From a virus (lineage: Duplodnaviria > Caudoviricetes): a stretch of DNA of 64,000 nt. The notes below the pieces were generated by a model. It was not told where the DNA came from. It saw nothing but the letters and a program-made list of their open reading frames with translations, and did no database searches. The translations under genes were made by a program, and so were the position numbers. Below, piece by piece: positions 10,458 to 19,938 of this stretch (its first letter is position 1; every line of letters begins with the position of its first letter). The stretch lies in IMG/VR virus record IMGVR_UViG_3300028571_001454, positions 870-64,869 of that record; one strand, given 5' to 3'.

Positions 10458-10516
10458 TTACATTCTCCTAATAAAATTGAATAAAATAGAAATAATCAAA
10501 TATATATTACACCACA

Positions 10517-11425
10517 TTACTCTAAAATTGGCTTTATAATGCCATACCCTTGGTATTTTTTATGTCTATATGCTGGATTTTTAACATTTAATGAGTGTTT
10601 TTTAAATAAATCAATCATCTCTTCTTGTGAGATATATTTTTGATTCTTTTTTTGTCTATAATAAGATAAATATAATGCTGCACACCCAACCGCAAATGGA
10701 TTGCTCATGCTAGTTCCACTCATAAGACCATATCTTTGAGATGGTAGTATACTCATTATATTATGTCCTGGAGCTAGGAAATCAAGACTTTCTCCACTAC
10801 AAGTGAAATTTGTTCTATTGAAATATTCATCTATAGCACCTATACTTATGGTATTAACATCTCTAGCTGGATACATTATATCTGTTTCTTCACCACTATT
10901 ACCAGCAGCACAAAAAACTAAAATATTTTTTTCTCTAGCAAGAATGAGAGCTTCTTTTATTTCTTTAATATTATGTGCAATACCGATAGACATTGTTAAA
11001 ATATCAAAATTATTTTTTACTCCATATTCTATAGCCGTAGCAACATCCGATGGTTTTCCATGACCCATTGAATTTATGGTCTTCAGTGCATATATTGAAG
11101 CTTTTGGGGCAACACCAACCATTCCTTTCCCATTATCATTAGAGGCTATTGTTCCACAAACATGAGAGCCATGACTATTATCATCAAAAAAATTATGTGA
11201 ATTATTAATAAAATTATATCCACCAATAATATTTTCTTTAATATCAGGATGGTCTTTATCACATCCACTATCAATAACTCCAACAATAACTCCTTCTCCA
11301 CGACTTTTAATCCACTGTTTGTCTACTTCTAATTTTTCTATTTCCCATCCTTTAACCTGTTTATCATTAATATCTAGACTAAATATTTCTTCTATTGTAT
11401 GTGGTAATAATTTAACTTCTTCCAT
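10517..11425 (-). CDS. Subtilisin-like S8 serine protease
   Basis: Catalytic triad VIDSG, HGSHVCG, SGTSMS; oxyanion AAGN. Confidence 0.95.
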   Translation of the reverse strand: MEEVKLLPHTIEEIFSLDINDKQVKGWEIEKLEVDKQWIKSRGEGVIVGVIDSGCDKDHPDIKENIIGGYNFINNSHNFFDDNSHGSHVCGTIASNDNGKGMVGVAPKASIYALKTINSMGHGKPSDVATAIEYGVKNNFDILTMSIGIAHNIKEIKEALILAREKNILVFCAAGNSGEETDIMYPARDVNTISIGAIDEYFNRTNFTCSGESLDFLAPGHNIMSILPSQRYGLMSGTSMSNPFAVGCAALYLSYYRQKKNQKYISQEEMIDLFKKHSLNVKNPAYRHKKYQGYGIIKPILE

Positions 11426-11426
11426 A

Positions 11427-11735
11427 TTATTTTGGCCTATTTAATAGTTTGTTTTGAAAAGATTCAGCATCACTTAGGATATGTTGATTATAACTTTTCC
11501 AATTCATTAAATGTCCAAAAATAAAATGACAATATTTATCACATAATGTTATCAAATTATCTTGTTCTAATTCTTTATCTGCATTTATATGAACTGGAAC
11601 TATATGGTGCACTTCTGGTTTAGTACAAGATCCGCATACAGTGCAACATGGGTTATTAGACAAGTGTTGTTGTCTTATATTTTTCCATTTAGGAGACCTT
11701 TTAGCACATCGTATTTCTTTATTAAAAATCCACAT
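11427..11735 (-). CDS. Small HNH endonuclease
   Basis: CTVC, EVHHIVP, NLITLC..CH. Confidence 0.85.
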   Translation of the reverse strand: MWIFNKEIRCAKRSPKWKNIRQQHLSNNPCCTVCGSCTKPEVHHIVPVHINADKELEQDNLITLCDKYCHFIFGHLMNWKSYNQHILSDAESFQNKLLNRPK

Positions 11736-12736
11736 TATAATATACTAGCCGCTATTAAGCACCCCTTAGCAACTGCATGTAATGGGTCTTGAGCATGTCT
11801 AACTATTTCAATTGGTAATGGAAAATTTGATTCTATTAATTTTTCATTTAATTTTTCTATATAACCATCAGCTTGAGATGTTCCTCCAGCAATAACAATT
11901 TGAATAGAATTTTTAAACTTTGGTAATGATTTATGGTTTGTTAATGCTAAAGACAATTGTTTAGCAGTATACTCTATCAATCTTTCATAGTATGATGAAA
12001 TAGCACTTAATACTGGATTTTCGTTTGGTTCGCCTATTTTAAAACCACCCGACTCCTTCTCCACCTGTACAACACTATCGGGCTCTCCGGTCGCTATAGC
12101 ACTCATACGATCAACCCAGTCACCAGACTTGGTGGTGCTAAAGAGAACCGTAGGCTCGCCATTCAACATAACACAAACATTGGTCATACCAGCGCCACAA
12201 CTGACACCTATACCGGTATAATCATTATCTGCTAATTCAGCATAACATAATGCTTCTGCTTCATTAATAGATCTAGCATCATAACCAATATCGGCTAAAA
12301 TAGTTTTAACAACATCTTCATGATATCCTACGTCAAAATCATCGTCTTCTTGGTCTATTGGTTGGGCTGGAATACAGAAAACAATTTTTTCATTTTCTAT
12401 TGAGGATTTTCCGACAACTTCTTGTATAATATATGCTAATATTTTTTTAGCCTGTTTTTCCTTGACAGATACTACACCCCTATACATTGGCCTACGAGCA
12501 GTATCGTTTCTTTCAACTGCTTTTTCAATAGCGTCTTTACCTAATAAAATAAAAGCGCCATCTGTATCTTTTACGAATACTTTACCAGATAATCCTTTTT
12601 CTATCATTTTATTCGCTATTGGTGTTGATGGCTTAATAATATAGAAAGCATCTCTAAAATCTTTAAAAATTACATTATCATTATCATGATAAGACATTAC
12701 TATAAAACTAGTTCCGACATCAAGACCTTTACTCAT
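11735..12736 (-). CDS. Actin-fold ATPase, volactin-like
   Basis: Phosphate1 GLDVGTS, connect1 INEAEA, phosphate2 GVSCGAGMTN, adenosine IAGGTS, connect2 DPLHAVAKG. Confidence 0.9.
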   Translation of the reverse strand: MSKGLDVGTSFIVMSYHDNDNVIFKDFRDAFYIIKPSTPIANKMIEKGLSGKVFVKDTDGAFILLGKDAIEKAVERNDTARRPMYRGVVSVKEKQAKKILAYIIQEVVGKSSIENEKIVFCIPAQPIDQEDDDFDVGYHEDVVKTILADIGYDARSINEAEALCYAELADNDYTGIGVSCGAGMTNVCVMLNGEPTVLFSTTKSGDWVDRMSAIATGEPDSVVQVEKESGGFKIGEPNENPVLSAISSYYERLIEYTAKQLSLALTNHKSLPKFKNSIQIVIAGGTSQADGYIEKLNEKLIESNFPLPIEIVRHAQDPLHAVAKGCLIAASIL

Positions 12737-12737
12737 A

Positions 12738-13034
12738 TTATTTACCTTTTAAGTTTTTAAGTTTATTAATTGCATTTTGTGTGTTGTCTTCAGTTATTTT
12801 TGTATTTACACTAACTTCAGACATTTTTTGCATATCTTTGGTATCTATCTTAAGCACCACTTTACTTTCGTCTAAATGAACCTTGTTTGCCTGAGTTTGA
12901 TTTGGTATCTTATTTAAAAAACTTGTAGAGAGATTATTTTGCATTAATGAACTGCACACAAAATATTTGTGAACTAACATGCCTAATACAAATACAAAAA
13001 TAGATACGCCAGAGATAATCACAGATTCTATCAT
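12738..13034 (-). CDS. Small protein with N-terminal transmembrane helix
   Basis: IISGVSIFVFVLGMLV hydrophobic stretch; stop 1 nt before the actin ATG. Confidence 0.75.
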   Translation of the reverse strand: MIESVIISGVSIFVFVLGMLVHKYFVCSSLMQNNLSTSFLNKIPNQTQANKVHLDESKVVLKIDTKDMQKMSEVSVNTKITEDNTQNAINKLKNLKGK

Positions 13035-13105
13035 ATATTATATACCCATAAGTTAATATATAATACACCTTTTCAATAGGTTATAGCTACAATCTGTATA
13101 GCTTG

Positions 13106-14209
13106 TTAAAGCTTAACTAGCTTATGTTGAATATTTTGATCAAATAAAAAATTACCAATATATGTATTATTGTCTTTATATGATAATACAGACGTTGGTT
13201 TATGATCAATATTCATAAGAGATATTGTATTATTTTGATTTTTTTGCCAATATTTTTCATTATTATTTTGATATATACCAATAGACCCGTCCGGCTTTAA
13301 TTCTAATATACCATAAAAATTTTCAATATCATTATATATACCGCTAAATTTCCATAAATTTAATGTATTTTTATCTAAATTATCAAAATTTGTTTTAAAA
13401 ATTATATTCTTATTTTTCTGAAAAATATCTATAAACTGATTATAAAACACTTGAGTGTTTAAAATGGGATGTATATGCGTTAGTCTGCCATCTTCTTTTA
13501 TAGCAGAATACTCTTTCATAGCTTTATTTTCGTCAACCCAAGAATCTGAAAAAGTACTTTCGGCTACTGGTATTTTACATATCTTAGAAAGCACTCCCAC
13601 ACCATTATCTGTCCAATATACACCATATTTGTGACTTAAAAGCAAATAATCCAAAGTTTTTTTGCATAATTTCATTCTCATAACAGCCTCACTTGATAAC
13701 AATGATGCTTCGTGTGAATGAACTATCATGGGCGGGTTTTGATAATCGTCTATATTATTTTTGCCAAAAAACACATTCTTAATTCCCATCTCTCTTAAAA
13801 TTAATTGCTGTATTATGCACAGGTCTGTCGTTCTACTAGAAACGAACATAATAGGATCAGTATGATTATAAAAATCTTCTAATATCTCATATGTTCTGTC
13901 TATATCTGTACTAGAATCGTCATCTACTTGAAAAATCCATTTATAATCCACAGGGTTTGTATAAATATATGTCAAAAATCTATTGGCCACTGTCATATCT
14001 GGCATATATTGCCAATCATACTCTATATCTATTAATTGTTTTAGTGATGCTTCGTGCGGCTCTGTTTCGCCAGCCAGAAATACTATTTTAAAATTAATAT
14101 GGGATTTATTAGTAAATTTATATCCATAGTCTTTAACAAAAGATATGAGTCTGTCTAAATATTTCTGCTTAGAGCAAGCAAGTACAGCTAATACAAAATC
14201 ATATTTCAT
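13106..14209 (-). CDS. Putative GT-A glycosyltransferase (fringe/GT31-like)
   Basis: KWIFQVDDDS, later WTD and HIHP. Confidence 0.5.
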   Translation of the reverse strand: MKYDFVLAVLACSKQKYLDRLISFVKDYGYKFTNKSHINFKIVFLAGETEPHEASLKQLIDIEYDWQYMPDMTVANRFLTYIYTNPVDYKWIFQVDDDSSTDIDRTYEILEDFYNHTDPIMFVSSRTTDLCIIQQLILREMGIKNVFFGKNNIDDYQNPPMIVHSHEASLLSSEAVMRMKLCKKTLDYLLLSHKYGVYWTDNGVGVLSKICKIPVAESTFSDSWVDENKAMKEYSAIKEDGRLTHIHPILNTQVFYNQFIDIFQKNKNIIFKTNFDNLDKNTLNLWKFSGIYNDIENFYGILELKPDGSIGIYQNNNEKYWQKNQNNTISLMNIDHKPTSVLSYKDNNTYIGNFLFDQNIQHKLVKL

Positions 14210-14763
14210 ATAAAAATATGTGTTTTGCTTTGATCATAAGTTAAAAAAGATGCTATGGTGTATCTATCACCTTTTGTAATTCTACTAACGCCATGCAAGT
14301 ATTCTAGAGTTCCTGGGAAAAATACAGTATATCCTGCTTTTGGTTGAATTTCTAATTTTTGATTAGGAAAATACAGAATACCACCATCAAAATCTTTATT
14401 TAAAAACGTAACCATGGCAAAATTCCTCCATGGATATGGATGCTTGTGCGTTCCAGCAGGATTTTCAGAATCGGCATGAGGCTCTAGTTCGTACCCCACA
14501 GGCCACCTCGCTATACTAAGATGTTCACAATATAATGGCTTATTTATGTGCTCAGATAATGTTGATAAACCAAATTTAATATTCTCTAATATCAAATTTT
14601 TAATAGTATTATCTTTTATATTATCATAATATAGTGTTCTACCACTCCAGTAATCGTCCGGTTTTAGTGTTCCAAAATCTGAAAGATTACTATTGATATA
14701 GTCAATAATAGTATTTATACTATTTTCATCTAATATATTTTTGAAAACTTTTGGGAATATCAT
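14206..14763 (-). CDS. 2OG-Fe(II) oxygenase (prolyl-4-hydroxylase-like)
   Basis: HAD iron motif, FLNKDFDGG, HGV, RYT. Confidence 0.9.
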   Translation of the reverse strand: MIFPKVFKNILDENSINTIIDYINSNLSDFGTLKPDDYWSGRTLYYDNIKDNTIKNLILENIKFGLSTLSEHINKPLYCEHLSIARWPVGYELEPHADSENPAGTHKHPYPWRNFAMVTFLNKDFDGGILYFPNQKLEIQPKAGYTVFFPGTLEYLHGVSRITKGDRYTIASFLTYDQSKTHIFI

Positions 14764-15713
14764 TATATCATCTCAGCAATATTGTTAACAATACTAATAT
14801 AGTTAGGAATATACTTACAAACCCTAAGACCTTCAACTACTCCATAGTATATTATATCATCTCCAAAAGCTTCTACAAGTCTATTTGCCTCAACAATATT
14901 TTTATCATAAGCAATTAAAGAAAAATATAACTTAGCAGCGTCTGTTATGTAGTTTCCAAAAATATATCTATAATTAGGATCTATTAAGAATATATCATTG
15001 TTACTCACAATAATATTTTGTTTTGTAAAATCTCCATGAAAAAAAGTTGGTTCTAATAATTGTTTACTTATTTTATCTACAATCAATGAGACTTTCTTTG
15101 ATGAGTGTCTGTTTAATTGAATATTATCAATATATGTTTGATAATTAAAATTTTTAATACTAAGTTGTTTAAATCGTTGTAATAAATTTATACATTGATT
15201 AATATCAATTTGCGAAGTTTGTTGAATTCTTTCAGTAATAATTGTTTCATCATTACAAAATAAAACCTTTGGAACATTAACAATATTAGATGCTATATCA
15301 AACCATTCTTTTTCAAATAAAGATGTTTTACTTTTTTTAATCACACTGTGTTGAGTAAAAATTAAATTATTAGCAGTGAAGGCGCTTTTAAGAGGAGAAA
15401 AATCTGCATAATGATCTATTGTCATATCATCTATATAGAGATCAGCATATTCTTTATTAAAAGATATTTCATCATATGGTACATCATATGTTATACAAAA
15501 TTCTTCTATTAATTTTCCATATTTTTTAGTCTTATCTTCTATAGATAAGTGATTCTTAGAACCACGAGCCGTTACTATTTTAATATAAACATTTATTGTT
15601 TTTTTTAATTCTTTGAGACGTTTTATTAGTATAAAATTAGGCTCACTTAAAGTAATATGACTTTTGTTTCCTAAAGCTAATGTTCCATCAAAATCTACAG
15701 ATACTATTAACAT
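14763..15713 (-). CDS. Fusion: HAD phosphatase (capsule-biosynthesis type) + APH/choline-kinase-like domain
   Basis: VDFDGTL, VTARG, DLYIDD; then HGDFTKQNI, IDPN. Confidence 0.85.
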   Translation of the reverse strand: MLIVSVDFDGTLALGNKSHITLSEPNFILIKRLKELKKTINVYIKIVTARGSKNHLSIEDKTKKYGKLIEEFCITYDVPYDEISFNKEYADLYIDDMTIDHYADFSPLKSAFTANNLIFTQHSVIKKSKTSLFEKEWFDIASNIVNVPKVLFCNDETIITERIQQTSQIDINQCINLLQRFKQLSIKNFNYQTYIDNIQLNRHSSKKVSLIVDKISKQLLEPTFFHGDFTKQNIIVSNNDIFLIDPNYRYIFGNYITDAAKLYFSLIAYDKNIVEANRLVEAFGDDIIYYGVVEGLRVCKYIPNYISIVNNIAEMI

Positions 15714-16252
15714 AATCCTATAGCCTCATAATAATCTTCTATATCGCCTAATCTTTTAAATGTTTTTTCCATAATAATATTAGCCCCTATCATACCAGAT
15801 ACAATACTATTTGGATCCGTCATATTTTCTATAACTGACTGTAAATCTTTACAAAAGTAAACACCACTGCATTTTACTTTAGATAGATTATTATATTCAC
15901 TGCTGCTGACTACGCTATTATTTTCAACTACAATGGAACCATACTTATTTTTAGCAGAGGTGAAGGTGTATACGTTATTTTTGTTTATATCTATATCTTT
16001 TAGATCGATATTAAATGGTATTATATCACAGTCTATAATCAGAACATTATATCTGTCATTAATTTGCCTTAAGGTTTCTCTTCTACTATTTGTTTTTGTA
16101 AGACCTACTACCTTAGCATCTGGAAAAATACCATAAATATGGTCTATTATTTTTTTATTCCAAAAATATAAGTTTTGCTTTTCTATGGAAGATATATTTT
16201 TTAATCTAGTACCATGACCACCTATGGTGATATACTTGTTAATAGTGATCAT
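15707..16252 (-). CDS. Nucleotidyltransferase (NTP_transferase)
   Basis: GGHGTRL, IDCDI, LGDIED. Confidence 0.75.
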   Translation of the reverse strand: MITINKYITIGGHGTRLKNISSIEKQNLYFWNKKIIDHIYGIFPDAKVVGLTKTNSRRETLRQINDRYNVLIIDCDIIPFNIDLKDIDINKNNVYTFTSAKNKYGSIVVENNSVVSSSEYNNLSKVKCSGVYFCKDLQSVIENMTDPNSIVSGMIGANIIMEKTFKRLGDIEDYYEAIGLC

Positions 16253-17064
16253 CTTTGAATTTTCATTTTAATCTTAGGATTAGTTTTTATAATTTGATAT
16301 ATGGATGTATTTTTATACCATAAATGATCCGTTAAAGCTCCTTCTCCATGATGAGGATAGTAATCAATATCTTTTGCGAAATATTCGTAGACTGATGAGT
16401 AATAATCCATAGCTCCAGAATTTCCGTAAGCAAACTGATCGTTCGGCATAAACTTTATGCCCTGTTCAACTAATTGTTGCTTCATGCCTTTATTAAAAAC
16501 AATATCTGTATTTTCATTAGGAGCTAAATAGATAATATCTTTTTTTATGTTTTCTAAAGTATCATCAAAAGAAGCATAAGAAAAAAATAAATCCATGCGA
16601 CACCTAATTACCATATCATATACAAAATTACGTTGTTCTTCATAATCTTTTTTAAGTTTATTACTCATGTATATACCATAGTACATCATTAAGCAATTAA
16701 ACCATTTATATTTATCATAACTATCAAATAGTTTGTCAAATCCATGAACAACGTATCTTCCAGATTTCTTAACATGACTAATAAAATAATCAGCATCCGG
16801 ATATTCTATTAATATTTTTTTAGGATTATATGCTTGTACTAACTTTGTAGCTGGTATAATATTACGATCATGATTGATATATTTTTTATAGTCATTTATC
16901 TTAAATCTATGATCATGACTTGAAAATAATCTTGAATCTCCCTTAAAAGACCAAGAATGAATAAATACATCAGCTTTTAATTTATTTATTATCTGTAAAC
17001 GTTGACTAGTTAAGCATTGTCTAAATGTTCTAGATTGTCCAGATAAACATAGGGCTACTTTCAT
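16249..17064 (-). CDS. Putative glycosyltransferase (phage family starting KVALCLSGQ)
   Basis: MKVALCLSGQSR, DVFIHSW, YDMVIRCRMD, NDQFAYG. Confidence 0.6.
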   Translation of the reverse strand: MKVALCLSGQSRTFRQCLTSQRLQIINKLKADVFIHSWSFKGDSRLFSSHDHRFKINDYKKYINHDRNIIPATKLVQAYNPKKILIEYPDADYFISHVKKSGRYVVHGFDKLFDSYDKYKWFNCLMMYYGIYMSNKLKKDYEEQRNFVYDMVIRCRMDLFFSYASFDDTLENIKKDIIYLAPNENTDIVFNKGMKQQLVEQGIKFMPNDQFAYGNSGAMDYYSSVYEYFAKDIDYYPHHGEGALTDHLWYKNTSIYQIIKTNPKIKMKIQR

Positions 17065-17065
17065 A

Positions 17066-17818
17066 TTATTCTAGTGATGTTTGATGATCCTCAAATTTAT
17101 TACCGTAAACATCTTCACCATTAAAATACCTTCTACCATTACCGTATTTTTTATCTTTGTCTATGTTGTTTCGTTCTTTACCAAAGTCCATAGCACATTG
17201 ACGTTCTGCTTCCAGCTCCTCTTCTGACAAAATCTTATCACCATTAATAATCTGAAAATCATCTATAAAGTGTCTGGGATATGGGATCACACAGCCAATA
17301 ATATCTCCCTTCTTAATTGTAACAGTATAGTTGGGTCTTGTTAATCTTAAATTAAAGGTGAAGTCTCTTCTTAGGTTATCTGTTTCTATAATAGCAGTCA
17401 TATGATAAAGCCCATCAATATATAAATTAGGTGGATTAATTGTCATAAGATTAACACCATCTGGTGTTCTTAAAGAAAACGTGTTTTGAATAGTAATTGT
17501 ACCCATACCGAAATGACTTCTTATAGATTGTAGACCAGAATTTTTATCATGGTAGTCTTTATCCAGATAGTTTATAGTCACATCGGACGGAGCTTCTCCT
17601 CCATTCCATGTTACCTCTATATCATGTATATTTTTTAGAATAAATCCATGTTGATTTCCCATAACTAATGGCAAACAAAAATATGCGTGTTTTACAAACC
17701 AGTCCCTTTTAAAGTCTCCTTTTAGGGATGAAAATAGCATATTTACGTTATCATTAGTCTGCAACATTTTTGCATGAGCAATTAGAGCGATATGCTTATC
17801 TTTGATTAATTGACTCAT
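17066..17818 (-). CDS. DUF6065-like protein
   Basis: RDWF..HAYFCLPLVMGNQHGF, IIETD, FTFNLR. Confidence 0.7.
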   Translation of the reverse strand: MSQLIKDKHIALIAHAKMLQTNDNVNMLFSSLKGDFKRDWFVKHAYFCLPLVMGNQHGFILKNIHDIEVTWNGGEAPSDVTINYLDKDYHDKNSGLQSIRSHFGMGTITIQNTFSLRTPDGVNLMTINPPNLYIDGLYHMTAIIETDNLRRDFTFNLRLTRPNYTVTIKKGDIIGCVIPYPRHFIDDFQIINGDKILSEEELEAERQCAMDFGKERNNIDKDKKYGNGRRYFNGEDVYGNKFEDHQTSLE

Positions 17819-18711
17819 ATATTTTTATCCGATATTACTCGGCCCTTTTGTGTTCTTGAAATATATCCCATTCTGATCATGTATGGCTCTATACTATTTT
17901 CTATTGTTTCCATAGCAATGCCACACATTGCTGATAAACTTTTTAGTCCTAGAGGATTGCCTACATTCTTCTTCAGAATATTGATATATTTTTTATCATT
18001 ACAATCAAAACCATTTGAATCAATACCCTGACTATCAAAGATCGTATCTATATTAGTTTCTTCTGGGTACATATCCAAATAACTCTTATACCACTGTAGT
18101 CTAGCGTTTAAGATTCTTGGTGTTCCCTTGCTTCTTTTTGAGATTTCTAAAAGAGACTCATCACTTATCATTAGTCCAAGCTTTTGAGCGTTCGACCCTG
18201 CCAGTTTAGCTAATTCATCGTGACTATAAAAAGATAGATGTTCCTTCATAACAAATCTATCATAAAAAGGTTGACTCAAACTTCCTCCACTAGTGGTTGC
18301 TCCCATAATAGTAAATACTGGAAGCTCTATAGATTCAGGTTTGTTTTCAATTACAATATCTAACTTATAGTCTTCCATTACTGGATACAAAAATTCTTCC
18401 ACTAGCTTGGGCAATCTATGAATCTCGTCAATAAATAAAACTGACCTTGGAGCAATACCCATTAGATATGGTAGAATGTTCTTTGGGCTTCTAACATTAG
18501 CAGCGTTAACGGTATATAGATTAACATTCATCTCTGAAGCTATTGCTCCAGCGATTGTGGTTTTACCAAGACCAGGAGGGCCGTCAATTAAAAGATGGGG
18601 AATTACTTGATCCGAATTTTTACAGCTATTAGTAAGGATCTTTAATCTTTTAACAACATCGGCTTGTCCAATAATATCTTCAAACTTTGTAGGTCTTAAT
18701 GAATGTCGCAT
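17815..18711 (-). CDS. ruvB: Holliday junction branch-migration motor RuvB
   Basis: LRPTKFEDIIGQ, GPPGLGKTT, LFIDEIHRL, GATT, DRF, GTPR, C-terminal EPY..GYISRTQKGR. Confidence 0.95.
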   Translation of the reverse strand: MRHSLRPTKFEDIIGQADVVKRLKILTNSCKNSDQVIPHLLIDGPPGLGKTTIAGAIASEMNVNLYTVNAANVRSPKNILPYLMGIAPRSVLFIDEIHRLPKLVEEFLYPVMEDYKLDIVIENKPESIELPVFTIMGATTSGGSLSQPFYDRFVMKEHLSFYSHDELAKLAGSNAQKLGLMISDESLLEISKRSKGTPRILNARLQWYKSYLDMYPEETNIDTIFDSQGIDSNGFDCNDKKYINILKKNVGNPLGLKSLSAMCGIAMETIENSIEPYMIRMGYISRTQKGRVISDKNI

Positions 18712-19139
18712 TTTTCAGCTCCCAATAATTCTAAGGCTTTTTTAATTAAACTCATACTATCATTTACTTGTATTTGATCAAATGCTTTTTCTACTAGAGA
18801 TAGAGCTTCTGATCTTTCAAAACCATACTTCTCCAATGTGTCACAAGCAATATTTGCAACAGACTTGTCTAAAACAATAGCTGTAGATTCTGGCGTTATA
18901 GTGTCTTGTACTGGCTTGTTTGTATTCTCTATATTAGTAATTTTGTATACAATCTTGATTTTCTTTATAACTTTAGGAAACAGTATCGCTCCACAGTCGC
19001 AAGCTACCCTAAATCCTTTTGTTTTAGTTTCAATACTTGTTAACCAATGATTGCATCCACATAATGGACAGATATATTCGTAATTAATATCATAGCTTTT
19101 GGGCTTGATATTCTTAACTATTTTCTTTTTTGTTTTCAT
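18696..19139 (-). CDS. Zn-ribbon protein with RuvA C-terminal (domain III)-like helical bundle
   Basis: CPLC...CDC; C-terminal ACDTLEKYGFERSEALSLVEKA...SMSLIKKALELL; overlaps ruvB start. Confidence 0.7.
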   Translation of the reverse strand: MKTKKKIVKNIKPKSYDINYEYICPLCGCNHWLTSIETKTKGFRVACDCGAILFPKVIKKIKIVYKITNIENTNKPVQDTITPESTAIVLDKSVANIACDTLEKYGFERSEALSLVEKAFDQIQVNDSMSLIKKALELLGAEKCDIH

Positions 19140-19521
19140 TTTCTTTTACCCAAAAAATAAAATCATTTGACTCCTCATCAAATGCGCTTTCCAATAATCC
19201 ATCATGAGATAATTTATTTAACATATTGCTTACCATCCTTGCATTTAGTGAGTCTATAAATGCTTTATATTTTTTTTCTGATATCTTAGAAATTTTACAA
19301 TTTTTAGACGGCACAAGAAAATTTTTTGCGATAAGCATACATTCTTGTTGAGATAAACATTCGTTTAACTCAGTTTTTTCTTCTTTATCTAAAGATGATA
19401 TATTAATATTTAATTCGTCTAATTCTGAATGGTTTTCGCCAAATGCGCTATATACTAACACTCTAGACGACTCCACAAATAAATCTATATCATTAATACT
19501 ATACCATTGATTAGATTTCAT
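19114..19521 (-). CDS. Hypothetical protein
   Basis: Ends ESAFDEESNDFIFW, similar to ECAWDNNSNEMVFW of 41748..42104. Confidence 0.65.
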   Translation of the reverse strand: MKSNQWYSINDIDLFVESSRVLVYSAFGENHSELDELNINISSLDKEEKTELNECLSQQECMLIAKNFLVPSKNCKISKISEKKYKAFIDSLNARMVSNMLNKLSHDGLLESAFDEESNDFIFWVKENENKKENS

Positions 19522-19524
19522 AAT

Positions 19525-19935
19525 TTAGTTCATTATATCGAACATTCCTTTATAGTAATTGGGTTGTTGCAGAAAGTTGACGGCATGTGATCTTAAATGG
19601 TTTTTATACTCACTATTAAGCTTATCATGAACAAAATATATTTTCTTATATATTGGTTCTTTGTAATGATTGTTCCCCAAGTACAGGGAGTTTTTGAAGT
19701 TCCCTGACTTGGAGAAGTAATCATTCACAGGTAACGAACCTTTTGGAAAACTCGGTCCAATATACCATACGTTTGAAGGATATTCAACTATTTCATTCAG
19801 AGTATCATATAACATTTTACCCCAAGCATCCCAAGCGTCGGGATCAAACTTAAAGTATTTTTTATAATGACTCTCCGGATTGTCTTGACTATCATCATTA
19901 TCGTCGTAGTTGTCATCTTCATAATCTTCGTGCAT
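19525..19935 (-). CDS. Hypothetical protein with acidic N-terminus
   Basis: Tightly packed ORF in operon. Confidence 0.6.
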   Translation of the reverse strand: MHEDYEDDNYDDNDDSQDNPESHYKKYFKFDPDAWDAWGKMLYDTLNEIVEYPSNVWYIGPSFPKGSLPVNDYFSKSGNFKNSLYLGNNHYKEPIYKKIYFVHDKLNSEYKNHLRSHAVNFLQQPNYYKGMFDIMN

Positions 19936-19938
19936 ATT

